Source: Cyclobacteriaceae bacterium
GTDB lineage: Bacteria; Bacteroidota; Bacteroidia; Cytophagales; Cyclobacteriaceae
Direction: 5' to 3'
Assembly (NCBI GenBank): GCA_044339555.1
Contig: JBIIVI010000001.1
Coordinates: 1 to 47,523, forward strand
DNA: 47,523 nt
Shown here: positions 25,943-36,711 of the stretch, piece by piece
How the letters are laid out: every line of letters begins with the position of its first letter
Position numbering within the stretch: the first letter of the stretch is position 1
The notes under the pieces: model-generated
Told to the model about the DNA's origin: nothing
What the model saw: only the letters and a program-made list of their open reading frames with translations
Databases searched by the model: none
Position numbers and translations under genes: made by a program

Positions 25943-26965
25943 ATGACCATCGATTTACGAAGCGATACGGTAACGAAGCCGACACCCGCCATGAAGGCCG
26001 CTATGTTTGCAGCCGAAGTAGGCGATGATGTATTTGGCGAAGACCCAACCGTAAACCAACTAGAAGAAAAATGTGCAGCCCTGCTCGGGATGGACGCCGC
26101 GGTCTACTGCCCCAGCGGCACCATGACTAACCAAATCGGCATCAACGTGCTCACGCAGCCCTATGATGAAGTGATTTGCTACAAGGGAGCGCACATCTAC
26201 AAATACGAAGGCGGTGGGTTGATGGGCAACAGTCACGTAAGTGTAAAACTGTTGAATGGTGATCGAGGGAGAATAGCTGTGGAAGAAATCGCTGCGAACA
26301 TCAACCATGATGATCAGCACTATCCCCGTACTGCGGTAGTAGCGTTGGAGAACACAGTAGTGCGCGAAGCGGGCAGTTTTTATACCTTGAAAGAAATCGA
26401 AAAAATTTCCGCTTTCGCGCGAAGTAAAAACCTGCACATGCACCTGGATGGCGCGCGGTTGTTCAATGCTTTAGTGGCCACAGGAGAAAATGCAGCCAAT
26501 TATGGCAAGCATTTTGACACCATTTCCATTTGCCTGTCGAAAGGCTTGGGCGCTCCCGTAGGCTCTGTATTGGTTTGTAAAAAAGAGTTTGCCAAAAAAG
26601 CGCGGAGGATGAGAAAGGTGTTTGGCGGTGCATGGCGGCAGGCCGGCTTGTTGGCAGCAGGCGGCATTTACGCGTTGGACAATCATGTTAGCCGATTGAA
26701 GGAAGACCACCTACGGGCAAAGAAATTGGGCGAGTGTTTGGAAAAGCAGAATTATGTGCAGTCGGTCATGCCGGTAGATACGAACATCGTGATTTTTGAA
26801 TTGATCCCCACGATTACACCGGCGCTGTTTCTCGAAAAAGCAGGGGCGCAACAGATCAAAGCGTTGGCCTTTAGTGCCAACGAAATTCGCATGGTTACCC
26901 ACTTGGATTTTGACGATGCCATGCTAGACAAGACAATCGACACGTTGAACAAGCTTCCATTTTAA
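25943..26965 (+). CDS. ltaE: Low-specificity L-threonine aldolase
   Basis: [33 protein letters not shown]. Confidence 0.93.
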   Translation: MTIDLRSDTVTKPTPAMKAAMFAAEVGDDVFGEDPTVNQLEEKCAALLGMDAAVYCPSGTMTNQIGINVLTQPYDEVICYKGAHIYKYEGGGLMGNSHVSVKLLNGDRGRIAVEEIAANINHDDQHYPRTAVVALENTVVREAGSFYTLKEIEKISAFARSKNLHMHLDGARLFNALVATGENAANYGKHFDTISICLSKGLGAPVGSVLVCKKEFAKKARRMRKVFGGAWRQAGLLAAGGIYALDNHVSRLKEDHLRAKKLGECLEKQNYVQSVMPVDTNIVIFELIPTITPALFLEKAGAQQIKALAFSANEIRMVTHLDFDDAMLDKTIDTLNKLPF

Positions 26966-27006
26966 CCATGGACCGTGCCTTTGCTATTTTGTTGTCCATC
27001 TAACCC

Positions 27007-28272
27007 GTGATCGCGAACCGCCCCCCATTGGCTGAACGCATGCGCCCTGCTAAGTTGACCGACTTAGTTGGCCAGAGCCATTTGGTGGGCACCAACGGCA
27101 TCATTCGCAAAGCGATTGAAACTGGCAACGTGCCTTCCATGATTTTGTGGGGCCCGCCCGGTGTGGGCAAGACTACTATCGCGAACATCATCGCCAACGA
27201 GGTGAAACGACCGTTCCACGTGTTGAGTGCGGTAAGCGCAGGCGTAAAAGATGTACGCGAAGTAATCGACAAAGCAAAATTCAGCAGCCGCGCGATTTTA
27301 TTTATTGATGAGATTCATCGCTTTAATAAGTCGCAGCAGGATGCGTTGCTGGGAGCCGTGGAGAAAGGAACGATTACTTTGATTGGCGCCACTACGGAAA
27401 ACCCTTCGTTTGAAGTCAACTCCGCGTTGCTTTCGCGATGCCAGGTGTACGTGCTCAAGTCGCTTACCGATGACGAACTGATTCAGCTGGCCCAAACGGC
27501 CATCGCCAACGATGCCGAACTTAAGAGTAGAAAAATTACCATTCAGGAGCGCCAGGCGCTGATCAATATCTCGGGGGGTGATGCACGCAAGCTCCTCAAC
27601 TTAGTGGATTTGATTGCAGAGGCGCTTTCGGGCGATATCGTGATCACCGATGAACTCGTCATGAACGTGGCCCAAAAGCACATCGCCTTGTACGACAAAA
27701 GTGGGGAACAGCATTACGACATCATTTCCGCCTTCATAAAATCCATCCGCGGCAGCGACCCCAACGCAGCTGTGTATTATCTGGCTCGCATGATAGAAGG
27801 TGGCGAGGATGTGAAGTTCATTGCGCGCAGGTTGTTGATTCTTGCTTCGGAAGACATAGGCAACGCCAACCCCACGGCACTTGTGCTGGCCACCAATGCA
27901 TTTCAGGCAGTAACGATGATCGGCTATCCCGAAGCCCGGATTATCCTCGCCCAATGCACCACCTATTTGGCTTGCTCGCCTAAAAGTAATGCCGCTTACA
28001 CTGCCATCGAAAATGCGCTGGCCAAAGTACACGAAACGGGTGACCTACCTGTGCCGCTCCAGATCCGCAACACACCCACGAAGTTGATGAAGGATTTGAA
28101 CTATGGCAAAGGCTACCGCTATGCCCATGATTTTGCCGGCAACTTTGCGGCGATGGAGTTTTTGCCAGATGCCATTAGCGGCACACGGTTTTACGAGCCG
28201 GGTCAGAATCCGCGCGAAGCGGAGCTTCGGGAATTTTTGAGGAAATTGTGGGGAGAAAAATATCACTACTGA
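27007..28272 (+). CDS. rarA: Replication-associated recombination protein A
   Basis: PLAERMRP, GPPGVGKTT, DEIHRFNK, ATTENP, IRGSD, ASEDIG. Confidence 0.96.
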   Translation: MIANRPPLAERMRPAKLTDLVGQSHLVGTNGIIRKAIETGNVPSMILWGPPGVGKTTIANIIANEVKRPFHVLSAVSAGVKDVREVIDKAKFSSRAILFIDEIHRFNKSQQDALLGAVEKGTITLIGATTENPSFEVNSALLSRCQVYVLKSLTDDELIQLAQTAIANDAELKSRKITIQERQALINISGGDARKLLNLVDLIAEALSGDIVITDELVMNVAQKHIALYDKSGEQHYDIISAFIKSIRGSDPNAAVYYLARMIEGGEDVKFIARRLLILASEDIGNANPTALVLATNAFQAVTMIGYPEARIILAQCTTYLACSPKSNAAYTAIENALAKVHETGDLPVPLQIRNTPTKLMKDLNYGKGYRYAHDFAGNFAAMEFLPDAISGTRFYEPGQNPREAELREFLRKLWGEKYHY

Positions 28273-28273
28273 T

Positions 28274-30340
28274 TTGAACCAACAGCGTCTTATTTTGGAG
28301 TATCCGGCCGGGTGGATCGTTGTCTGCGTAGCCGTTGGAGTTGCCTATGCGTGGTGGTTGTATGCGGCCAAAAACCCGTGGAGCCAGCAAGTGAATCGTG
28401 TGCTGGCGGTGGCGCGGGCCATACTCGTAACCTTGATTGCCTTCCTGCTTTTGGGGCCGCTGTTAAAACTAATTCGCAACGATTTTGAGAAACCGATTTG
28501 GGTGGTGCTGATAGACGACTCGCAGTCGGTGGCAAATGGAGCAAGTGCTGCCGTGCGCACCGCGTTGCCCGAAAAGCTGACGAACTTTGCCCAGCAAGTT
28601 GAATCAAGTGGTTATACCACGGACGTACGCACGTTGTCGGGCAATGATTCGCTCTTGTTTCGTCATCCCCAGTCGGACCTGGCAAGCGCTTTTCGAAAGT
28701 TGCAGAACGATTTCGAAGGAAAAAATCTGGCTGGCGTTGTGCTCGTGTCGGATGGTGTTTATAACAGCGGCAGTTCGCCTCTCTACCTCGACTACCGGGT
28801 GCCAGTTTATACGGTTGGTGTGGGCGATACAACTATTCGGCCAGACCTCGCCATCCGAAATGTAGCGTATAACAAAGTGGTCTATCAAGGCAATCGGTTT
28901 CCGGTTCGCGTGGAGGTGTTGACTACCGGCGTAGTGAATACACGCGTGTTGGTGCGACTACGAAAAGGAGCCCAGGTCATCGGCACGCAAACCAAAGATA
29001 CCGCTGGCGGTAACCTATTGGTTTTTGATTTTGAGGTGGAAGCGCGTGAGAAGGGCTTTCAACGGTTTGACGTAGATGTCGAGCCGTTGTCGGACGAGAA
29101 AAATCTGCTCAATAATCGTTATACCTTTTTTTTAGAGGTAGCTGATGGAAAGAAACGCGTGGTACTCATTGCACCAGCGCCTCATCCCGACATCAAAGTG
29201 CTGGAGGCGGTTGTTAAGGTACAAGCGAATTATGAATGGCTTGTACACATCCCAAGTGTTTTGCCAGCAACTGGTAACTGGCAGAGCGGCACCATCGACT
29301 TGTTGATCTTGCACCAGGCCCTTGATCCGCGCATGACTCCGTTTTTACAGCAAGCGAAAAGTGCTTCGGGTGGAGTTTGGTTGATCACCGGGGCCGAAAC
29401 GAATCCGCGCACCTTTGCCGCTCAGGGCTTGCCGTTTGTTTTTGAGAATGCTGCCCAGCGCGATGAAGTAACGCCCGTTCTCAACAATGCTTTTCGCGAT
29501 TTTGCTTTTGGTGAAAATACCGGTTCGCTCATCGCGCGGTATCCACCGGTGTCGGTACCATTCGGGAAGTTTACTTTTCCACCAGAGGCCAATGTTTTGT
29601 TACACCAACGCATCGGTAGTGTAGCCACGGCACGGCCGCTACTCCTGACATGGAATGAAAGTGAGGCCAAGCGGGCGTTGTTTCTGGCCGAAGGATTATG
29701 GCGCTGGCGGTTGAGTGAATTTCGGGAGACCGAAAAAACTGAGGCCTTCGATGAACTTATCGGCAAACTTACGCAGTACCTCAGCACGCGTGAAGATCGC
29801 AGCCGGTTTCGGTGCTTTCCGATCCGGCCAGAATTCTCCGGTGCTGAATCGGTGGTATTTGAAAGTCAGCTGTACAACGAGTTGCTGGAGCAGATTTATG
29901 GCAACTCCGTGCAACTACAAATTACGGGCGAAGATCAACGGTCTATTCGGTACACGTATACCACCGGTCCGGGTAACACGCGCTATCGCCTGGGCAGTTT
30001 GGAGCAGGGCGTGTATCGCTACAAGGCGACTACCGTGTGGAACAACATCACCGAAACCGCCAGTGGCGAATTCATTGTAAACGCACAGAACCCGGAGTCT
30101 CAGCAAACCACGGCTAACTTTCAGCTACTCCAACAGCTGAGTGAGCGCACCGGTGGACGTTTTTACCCCGAAGCGGATTTTAACAAGCTTGCTGAACAGG
30201 TTGCACAGCAACCCGCGCAACGCATCATTCGAACAGACGAAACATTTCAATCCATGTTGAACCTGAAGTGGGTGTTTTTTCTCCTACTGCTCTTAATTTC
30301 TGGCGAGTGGTTTACCCGCAAGTATTTGGGTGGTTATTGA
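28274..30340 (+). CDS. Membrane-anchored VWA-domain protein
   Basis: DDSQS MIDAS-like, VLVSDG, GVGDT, EGLWRW, C-terminal EWFTRKYLG. Confidence 0.8.
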   Translation: MNQQRLILEYPAGWIVVCVAVGVAYAWWLYAAKNPWSQQVNRVLAVARAILVTLIAFLLLGPLLKLIRNDFEKPIWVVLIDDSQSVANGASAAVRTALPEKLTNFAQQVESSGYTTDVRTLSGNDSLLFRHPQSDLASAFRKLQNDFEGKNLAGVVLVSDGVYNSGSSPLYLDYRVPVYTVGVGDTTIRPDLAIRNVAYNKVVYQGNRFPVRVEVLTTGVVNTRVLVRLRKGAQVIGTQTKDTAGGNLLVFDFEVEAREKGFQRFDVDVEPLSDEKNLLNNRYTFFLEVADGKKRVVLIAPAPHPDIKVLEAVVKVQANYEWLVHIPSVLPATGNWQSGTIDLLILHQALDPRMTPFLQQAKSASGGVWLITGAETNPRTFAAQGLPFVFENAAQRDEVTPVLNNAFRDFAFGENTGSLIARYPPVSVPFGKFTFPPEANVLLHQRIGSVATARPLLLTWNESEAKRALFLAEGLWRWRLSEFRETEKTEAFDELIGKLTQYLSTREDRSRFRCFPIRPEFSGAESVVFESQLYNELLEQIYGNSVQLQITGEDQRSIRYTYTTGPGNTRYRLGSLEQGVYRYKATTVWNNITETASGEFIVNAQNPESQQTTANFQLLQQLSERTGGRFYPEADFNKLAEQVAQQPAQRIIRTDETFQSMLNLKWVFFLLLLLISGEWFTRKYLGGY

Positions 30341-30445
30341 CAATCAGACTTTGTTTGAACAATAGGTGTAGCGTGAATTTATTTGCCTACCCAACTTGAA
30401 TTATTCCTCGACTTACTCGATTTTCGTCTACAGCAATACTAGCCA

Positions 30446-31087
30446 ATGTATTTGTTTTTATTCATATCGGTTTTGAGTCAAGTGGGAAATAATCCACCCG
30501 GTACCACAAAAGTCAGAGGTATCTACGTAGATAAGTTTGAAATTCAGAATATTCATTGGTTGGAATACCTCCACCACGCAAGTCAGGAATTGGATTCATT
30601 GGCAACCAAAAAGTTACTACCGGATACGTCAAACTTTTGGTATCAACTACCCTCACAGAGGCATAAGCCAATTGTCTATATTAGCTATGATCAGGCAATC
30701 GATTATTGCGCATGGAGATCCAAGGTGGTTTCAAAACTCACGGGCAAAAAGATTCTATATCGACTACCAACAGAAAAAGAATGGCGAGAAATTGCGGACG
30801 AACTATTGAAGTCAGACGAAAGGGAAGTGATCAAGGATTTAATAAAAACGAAACGTCAGGTGAAGAATAAAGCGGGAGAATATACTTTAGCACCGCGGGA
30901 GAAAATCCGAAATAAAGTATACAATTTGTTTGATAATGTTTCGGAGATGGTTCTGGAGAATGGAATTGCCAAAGGAGCAAACAATCTTGATCTCTCGGAA
31001 GATGTTAGAAAAACGATAAACCGGAAGCTACAATACTCGGGGCCACATGCGTATGTAGGCTTTCGGTGTGTGGCCGAAGTTCAGTAA
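30446..31087 (+). CDS. FGE-sulfatase/SUMF1 (GldJ/K-like) domain protein
   Basis: AIDYCAWRS, RLPTEKEW, NVSEM, GFRCV. Confidence 0.85.
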   Translation: MYLFLFISVLSQVGNNPPGTTKVRGIYVDKFEIQNIHWLEYLHHASQELDSLATKKLLPDTSNFWYQLPSQRHKPIVYISYDQAIDYCAWRSKVVSKLTGKKILYRLPTEKEWREIADELLKSDEREVIKDLIKTKRQVKNKAGEYTLAPREKIRNKVYNLFDNVSEMVLENGIAKGANNLDLSEDVRKTINRKLQYSGPHAYVGFRCVAEVQ

Positions 31088-31104
31088 ATAGCGGCTTTCC
31101 GAAC

Positions 31105-32505
31105 TTAAAAAACCATTGTGTTGACAGACCGCGGCAACAACATTATCGGTTGATCGCCCCAGGAAATGTTTTTTGTTCGTGTGGTCGGGTTTTGTACTAC
31201 CACCACCACTGATTGGTCTGGATTTTGAAAGGCCACCGCCTGCAGCGGCTGATCTACGGTGCAGGAAATTCTGCGGGCGCCGCGTTTTACAAATTTCGAG
31301 AACTGCGCCAGTGCATAGTACTCTTCGTTTAACGTGATTTCGTTTGTTTTGCTATCTACTGTAATTACACCGCGGCACGTCATGCAGCCGAGGTTTTCAT
31401 TCCGGGTGCTGTCGGGAGGGTTTGTGGTTGGGCCATGGGTTTCGTTCAGCGCTAAATTCCAAAGCAGCACATTGCTTGAGCCGTAGCGCGTAGTGCCGAT
31501 CAAGAGTTTTTCGGTGTACCACATCAGATTGTCGCCAAAGTTGGGCGCCCAACTGCCGCCCGAGCATTCCGTGAAGTATAATTTTTTGTCGGGATGGGCT
31601 TGCTGCACCCGGGCCATGTTTGCTACATCGCCGCCATAGCAGTGAAAGGCCGCACCATGAACAAAGTTGCGCGTAACCGGATCGTTAAAGATGGCGATAG
31701 GATATTCGGGAGTATCCCAGTTATGATCGTACACCACAATTTTTGTGGCGATTTTCTCCTTTACGAATTGTGGCCCCAAATGATCGCGCACGAATGTGTT
31801 TTGCTCATCGGCCGACATGGCCATGGTAGGGTAAGCGGCTTCGTATTGCGGTTCATTTTGGATGGTGATTGCATCAATCGTTACGCCGCGGGCTTTCATC
31901 TCGTGCACGTACTTCACGAAATAGGTGGCATAGCTGGCATACCATTCCGAACGTAGCCGGCCGCCTTCCAGCCGCCCGGAGGTTTTCATCCAGGCGGGTG
32001 CACTCCACGGGCTGCCCATGATTGGTAAATCCGGATCGATGGATAGAATTTCCTGCACTACGGGCACCAGCTCTTTTTCATCGGCTGCCAGGCTAAAATG
32101 GGTTTGGGCCGCATCGGTTTTACCCGCGGGCAAGTCGTTGTAGGTAAACGGCCGCGTAGAGAAATCAGAAGCGCCCATCGTTAGGCGCAAGTAGCTCAAG
32201 CCGATGCCGCGTTCGGCATCGAACAATTGGCGTAGCACCGCCGCTCGTTTTTCCTTCGGTAACTGGTATAACACGAAAGCCGATGCGCCCGTGAGGCTTG
32301 CGCCAAAACCTTCCATTTGCTGGTGTGCGATGGATGCATCCCACGAAAGTGAAAGTACCGAATCTCCGGTTGAGGCGGCCTGGAGCGGCACAGCATCCAA
32401 CAACCGCTGTTGGTCGGCCGTGGTAACGTACATCGTGGGTGCCTTTCCCTCAGGAGTTTGGCATCCCATCACCGTAAGGAAAAAGACAGCCGCCCGGAAT
32501 TTCAT
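31105..32505 (-). CDS. Glycoside hydrolase family 30 (beta-1,6-glucanase/glucosylceramidase-like), lipoprotein
   Basis: GFGASLT, GASDFS, SPWSAPAWMK, QNEP, FTECSGG; start MKFRAAV. Confidence 0.9.
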   Translation of the reverse strand: MKFRAAVFFLTVMGCQTPEGKAPTMYVTTADQQRLLDAVPLQAASTGDSVLSLSWDASIAHQQMEGFGASLTGASAFVLYQLPKEKRAAVLRQLFDAERGIGLSYLRLTMGASDFSTRPFTYNDLPAGKTDAAQTHFSLAADEKELVPVVQEILSIDPDLPIMGSPWSAPAWMKTSGRLEGGRLRSEWYASYATYFVKYVHEMKARGVTIDAITIQNEPQYEAAYPTMAMSADEQNTFVRDHLGPQFVKEKIATKIVVYDHNWDTPEYPIAIFNDPVTRNFVHGAAFHCYGGDVANMARVQQAHPDKKLYFTECSGGSWAPNFGDNLMWYTEKLLIGTTRYGSSNVLLWNLALNETHGPTTNPPDSTRNENLGCMTCRGVITVDSKTNEITLNEEYYALAQFSKFVKRGARRISCTVDQPLQAVAFQNPDQSVVVVVQNPTTRTKNISWGDQPIMLLPRSVNTMVF

Positions 32506-32611
32506 TTGATAAGTTAAATCTCGGCCGAAGGTAACTTCCTTTTTTTGATTCTGGATACGTTGGTCCATCGCACGGTCGAAACCAAATCCGGGTAGCGTTG
32601 TTCCTTGAGGC

Positions 32612-34078
32612 ATGGAAGCAGCTTTCATTTTCCCGCATCAACTTTTTGCCGCTCACCCTGCGCTTGCGCCCGGCCGGAAGGTGTTTTTAATTGAACACGC
32701 GCTTTTCTTTTCGCAGTACCGGTTTCATCAACAGAAGCTGGTGTTGCACCGCGCATCGATGAAAGCGTATGCCCAGGAGTTGCAGCAGGCAGGCTTTGAC
32801 GTGGCGTACGTTGATCATGCGCGCAGTGCCCTGGGGCCGTTAACGCGGGAACTCCGGCACCAAAACATTGTACGTGTTTTTTATGCTGATCCGGCGGACG
32901 ATTATCTCACGAAACGCCTGCAAAAAGCGCTGGCAAATGCAGGTTTATCGGGCCACTTGCTTGAGTCGCCCAATTTTTTAACAACGGTGGCAGAGTTTGA
33001 CGAATTCAAAAAGAAAGACAAGCGCTACTTTATGGCCAACTTTTACATTTGGCAGCGTAAGCGACTTCGCTTGCTTTTGGATGCCGTGGGCGAGCCTTTG
33101 GGCGGCCAATGGAGCTTTGATGCGGAGAACAGACAACGCGTGCCTGCGGGCATGGCTATTCCAAAAACGGCATCGGTGGCGGCCAACCGGTTTGTGGCGG
33201 AAGCAACCGAATACGTGCAGCAGGTTTTTGCTGATCACTACGGAACCACGGCCAACTTTGCGTATCCGGTAACGCGCGCGGCAGCACGCGCAGCGCTGGA
33301 TGATTTTCTGGAACACCGGCTACTGCATTTTGGCGCGTATGAAGATGCCATGGTGCAGCGCGAACCGGTGCTCTTTCATTCGCTGCTTTCGCCTTTGCTC
33401 AACACAGGGTTGTTATCGCCCGCCGAGGTACTGCAACGAACGCTGGAATTTCATGCGCGCAAACATTATCCACTCAATAGCATAGAGGGTTTTATTCGCC
33501 AGATCATCGGCTGGCGGGAGTTTATTCGTGGGGTGTACAATCGGGAAGGTGTGCGCCAACGCACCACCAATTTTTTCGGATTCGAAAGGCAAATTCCTAA
33601 AAGCTTTTACGATGGCACTACCGGCATTGTGCCGGTAGACGATGTGATCAAAAAAGTACTGGCTACCGGCTATTGCCACCACATTGAGCGGCTGATGGTG
33701 CTTGGCAACTTCATGCACTTGTGTGGCTTTCATCCTGATGCGGTATATCAGTGGTTTATGGAATTGTTCATTGATGCCTACGATTGGGTTATGGTGCCTA
33801 ACGTGTATGGCATGACTCAATATGCCGATGGAGGTTTAATGACCACAAAGCCGTATGTATCCGGCTCCAATTACATTTTAAAAATGAGCGACTACAAAAA
33901 GGGTTCGTGGTGTGCCGTGTGGGATTCGCTCTACTGGCGCTACATTCTGCTCAACCAAGACCTGTTCAAAAAGAATCACCGCATGCGCATGATTACCAGC
34001 GTGGCAGAGAAAATGACGGCTGCAAAAAAATCCGACCACTTTTCCAGGGCTGAGCACTTTTTGCAGAGGCTTCAATAA
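32612..34078 (+). CDS. PhrB-type bacterial (6-4) photolyase/cryptochrome, apparently Fe-S-free
   Basis: FPHQL, HQQKL, GGQWSFDAENR, HHIERLM, DAYDWV, TKPYVS. Confidence 0.9.
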   Translation: MEAAFIFPHQLFAAHPALAPGRKVFLIEHALFFSQYRFHQQKLVLHRASMKAYAQELQQAGFDVAYVDHARSALGPLTRELRHQNIVRVFYADPADDYLTKRLQKALANAGLSGHLLESPNFLTTVAEFDEFKKKDKRYFMANFYIWQRKRLRLLLDAVGEPLGGQWSFDAENRQRVPAGMAIPKTASVAANRFVAEATEYVQQVFADHYGTTANFAYPVTRAAARAALDDFLEHRLLHFGAYEDAMVQREPVLFHSLLSPLLNTGLLSPAEVLQRTLEFHARKHYPLNSIEGFIRQIIGWREFIRGVYNREGVRQRTTNFFGFERQIPKSFYDGTTGIVPVDDVIKKVLATGYCHHIERLMVLGNFMHLCGFHPDAVYQWFMELFIDAYDWVMVPNVYGMTQYADGGLMTTKPYVSGSNYILKMSDYKKGSWCAVWDSLYWRYILLNQDLFKKNHRMRMITSVAEKMTAAKKSDHFSRAEHFLQRLQ

Positions 34079-34119
34079 AACTGGGCGGAGAGGTATATTT
34101 ACCCAAATAAAAAATACCT

Positions 34120-34566
34120 ATGCTTGTACGTACCGCTCAGCTTGCAGACAAACCGCAGCTTATCGAATTTCAGTTGCGCATGGCGCAGGAAACGGAGCGC
34201 ATTACGCTGGATGTGCCCACGGTTACACGGGCTGTGGATGCCGTCTTTGCAGACCCGGGTAAGGGCCGGTATTTTGTGGTGGAAAATGACGGGCGTGTAA
34301 TTGCCTGCCTGATGATTACGTATGAATGGAGTGACTGGCGGTGCGGTAACGTTTGGTGGATTCAATCCGTGTATGTGTTGCCAGAGTATCGTGGCCAAGG
34401 GGTGTATAAATTTTTGTACCTGCACATTAAAAAACAAGTTCAGTTTGATCCTGATCTACGCGGCATTCGGCTGTATGTGGACAAGACCAACCGCGCGGCC
34501 CAGGAAGTATACAATAAGCTGGGCATGAACGGAGAGCACTATCAGGTGTTTGAGTGGATGAAGTAA
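34120..34566 (+). CDS. GNAT N-acetyltransferase
   Basis: TYEWSDWR, VYVLPEYRGQGV, LYVDKTN. Confidence 0.9.
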   Translation: MLVRTAQLADKPQLIEFQLRMAQETERITLDVPTVTRAVDAVFADPGKGRYFVVENDGRVIACLMITYEWSDWRCGNVWWIQSVYVLPEYRGQGVYKFLYLHIKKQVQFDPDLRGIRLYVDKTNRAAQEVYNKLGMNGEHYQVFEWMK

Positions 34567-34588
34567 ACGAGAAAAATGCGGGAAAAAC

Positions 34589-34616
34589 AAAAGGCGCTCC
34601 ATAGTGAGCGCCTTTT
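34589..34616. terminator. Bidirectional terminator
   Basis: AAAAGGCGCTC/GAGCGCCTTTT between convergent genes. Confidence 0.85.
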
Positions 34617-34637
34617 CTACTGAGAACGATTTTTTGC

Positions 34638-36542
34638 CTACCCCACTAACTCCACACTCCGCTTTACAAAGTTTGTTAAGTCAGCTCCGCTGAGCATTCC
34701 TTGCGAGAGGAGGGCCAGGTCGTATGCTTGTTTGGCTAATTTTTCACGCTGCTCATCGGTTTCTGCCTTCAGCATTTTTTGTACGATCCGGTGGTTTCCA
34801 TTTACAGATACACTGTAGCTATCAGGCATACCGCCCATCATGCCGTACATGCCGCCACCACCGGTTTTGGCCATGTCTTTCATTCTGCGCATCCACTCAC
34901 TCATGGTTACCACCACGGGCATGTCTTCCGGGGCGAGTGCATCCACCGAAACGGTCATGTTTGTATTGTTGATCGCTTTTTCGAAAATACCTTTCACCTG
35001 GTCTTGCTCGGCCTGGGTGAGCACACTTTCCATCTTATCTTCCTTTACAATCAGCTTATCGATGGTGTCGCTGTCCACGCGCTTCAACTGTGTTTTGTCC
35101 AGTTTTTGTTCGAGTGTGTTGATGAAGTGGCTATCCAGCACACCGTCTAAAACCAGCACATCATAGGCTTTACGGTTGGCACGCTCAATGTAAGTGTGTT
35201 GCTTGCCGGTGTCGGAGGTGTAGAGGTACACCAGGTTTTTGTCTTTATCCGTTTGCAGGTCTTTTACATATTCGCGGTACTCATCCAGCGTGTAGTACTT
35301 GCTTTGGGTGTTTTTCAGCAGGGCGAAGTCTTTCGCGCGATCGTAGAATTTTTCATCGGCAATGATGCCGTACTTCACAAAGATGCTGATGTCGTCCCAC
35401 TTCTTTTCGAAGTCGGCCCGATCTTTCTTATACAGCTCCTGTAGTTTATCGGCCACCTTCTTAGAAATGTGTTGGCTGATTTTTTTCACGTTAGCATCGC
35501 TTTGCAGGTAGCTGCGCGATACGTTGAGCGGGATATCGGGCGAATCCAGAATGCCGTGCAGCAACATCAGGAAGTCGGGCACGACATCTTTTACCTCATC
35601 GGTAATGAACACCTGGCGCGAGTAGAGCTGAATCTTGTTTTTATTCAGCTCGAAGTCGTTTTTCACTTTCGGGAAGTACAGCACCCCGGTGAGATTGAAA
35701 GGGTAGTCTACATTCAGGTGAATCCAGAACAGCGGGTCTTCGCTAAAGGGATAGAGTTCTTTGTAGAACTTCAGGTAATCTTCATCCTTTAGTTCGCTGG
35801 GGGCTTTGGTCCAGATCGGATTCGGGTTGTTGATGATCCGGTCTTTGGTTACGGTTTTGTATTTTTTCTTGCCTTCGGCATCTTCCCCGTCTTCTTCGCT
35901 TTCGTCTTTGGTGCCAAACTTGATTTCAACCGGTAAGAATTTGCAATACTTTTCCAGAATGCCTTTGATGCGCCACTCATCCAGAAACTCTTCGGAGTCT
36001 TTATTGATGTGCAAGATTACATCGGTGCCGCGGGTTTCTTTTGTGGCAGGTTTCAGCTCAAATTCCGTGGAGCCATCGCATTCCCAATGGGCGGCTTCCT
36101 GATCGGTAACTTTGTAGGATCGTGATACGATTTCAACGCGGTCGGAGACCATGAAGGCCGAATAGAATCCCAAGCCAAACTTGCCAATGATGTCCTTGGC
36201 ATCGGTTTTATCTTTGAATTTTTCAACAAATTCCGTTGCGCCCGAAAAGGCAATCTGGTTGATGTATTTCTTGATTTCCTCGCCCGTCATGCCCAGGCCG
36301 CGATCGCTCACGGTAATGGTTTTCTTTTTCTTATCGAAGCTCACCTCGATGCGGGTTTCGCCCACTTCGCCCGCGTATTCGCCCAGCGCAGCCAGCTTCT
36401 TTAACTTCTGCGTGGCGTCTACCGCGTTGCTGACCAGTTCTCGGAGGAAGATCTCATGGTCGGAGTAGAGGAATTTTTTGATAATCGGAAAAATGTTCTC
36501 GGTATGAATGGAAATCGAGCCTTTTTCTGCCACTTCTGCCAT
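34638..36542 (-). CDS. htpG: Chaperone HtpG (Hsp90)
   Basis: LYSDHEIFLRELVSNAVDA, IGKFGLGFYSAF, IPLNVSRSYLQ. Confidence 0.97.
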   Translation of the reverse strand: MAEVAEKGSISIHTENIFPIIKKFLYSDHEIFLRELVSNAVDATQKLKKLAALGEYAGEVGETRIEVSFDKKKKTITVSDRGLGMTGEEIKKYINQIAFSGATEFVEKFKDKTDAKDIIGKFGLGFYSAFMVSDRVEIVSRSYKVTDQEAAHWECDGSTEFELKPATKETRGTDVILHINKDSEEFLDEWRIKGILEKYCKFLPVEIKFGTKDESEEDGEDAEGKKKYKTVTKDRIINNPNPIWTKAPSELKDEDYLKFYKELYPFSEDPLFWIHLNVDYPFNLTGVLYFPKVKNDFELNKNKIQLYSRQVFITDEVKDVVPDFLMLLHGILDSPDIPLNVSRSYLQSDANVKKISQHISKKVADKLQELYKKDRADFEKKWDDISIFVKYGIIADEKFYDRAKDFALLKNTQSKYYTLDEYREYVKDLQTDKDKNLVYLYTSDTGKQHTYIERANRKAYDVLVLDGVLDSHFINTLEQKLDKTQLKRVDSDTIDKLIVKEDKMESVLTQAEQDQVKGIFEKAINNTNMTVSVDALAPEDMPVVVTMSEWMRRMKDMAKTGGGGMYGMMGGMPDSYSVSVNGNHRIVQKMLKAETDEQREKLAKQAYDLALLSQGMLSGADLTNFVKRSVELVG

Positions 36543-36575
36543 AATCGGGTGTTTTTTGTTCTATCCGCGAAAGCG

Positions 36576-36615
36576 ACAAGGATTGTTCCAGTTGCTTGAA
36601 TGTGTCAGGATGGCA
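36576..36615 (-). promoter_or_regulatory. Sigma54-like -24/-12 element with upstream TGCCA-N3-TGACA motif
   Basis: Minus strand TGCCATCCTGACA … TGGAAC-N5-TTGT. Confidence 0.45.
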
Positions 36616-36711
36616 GAAGTAGCTTCACTTAACCAAGATAATCGACTTGTTCAAGGAATTGTCTGTGACTTTTCTTGGACAGTGTGAATTCTCTGTTGGA
36701 ACCAATGTTCT

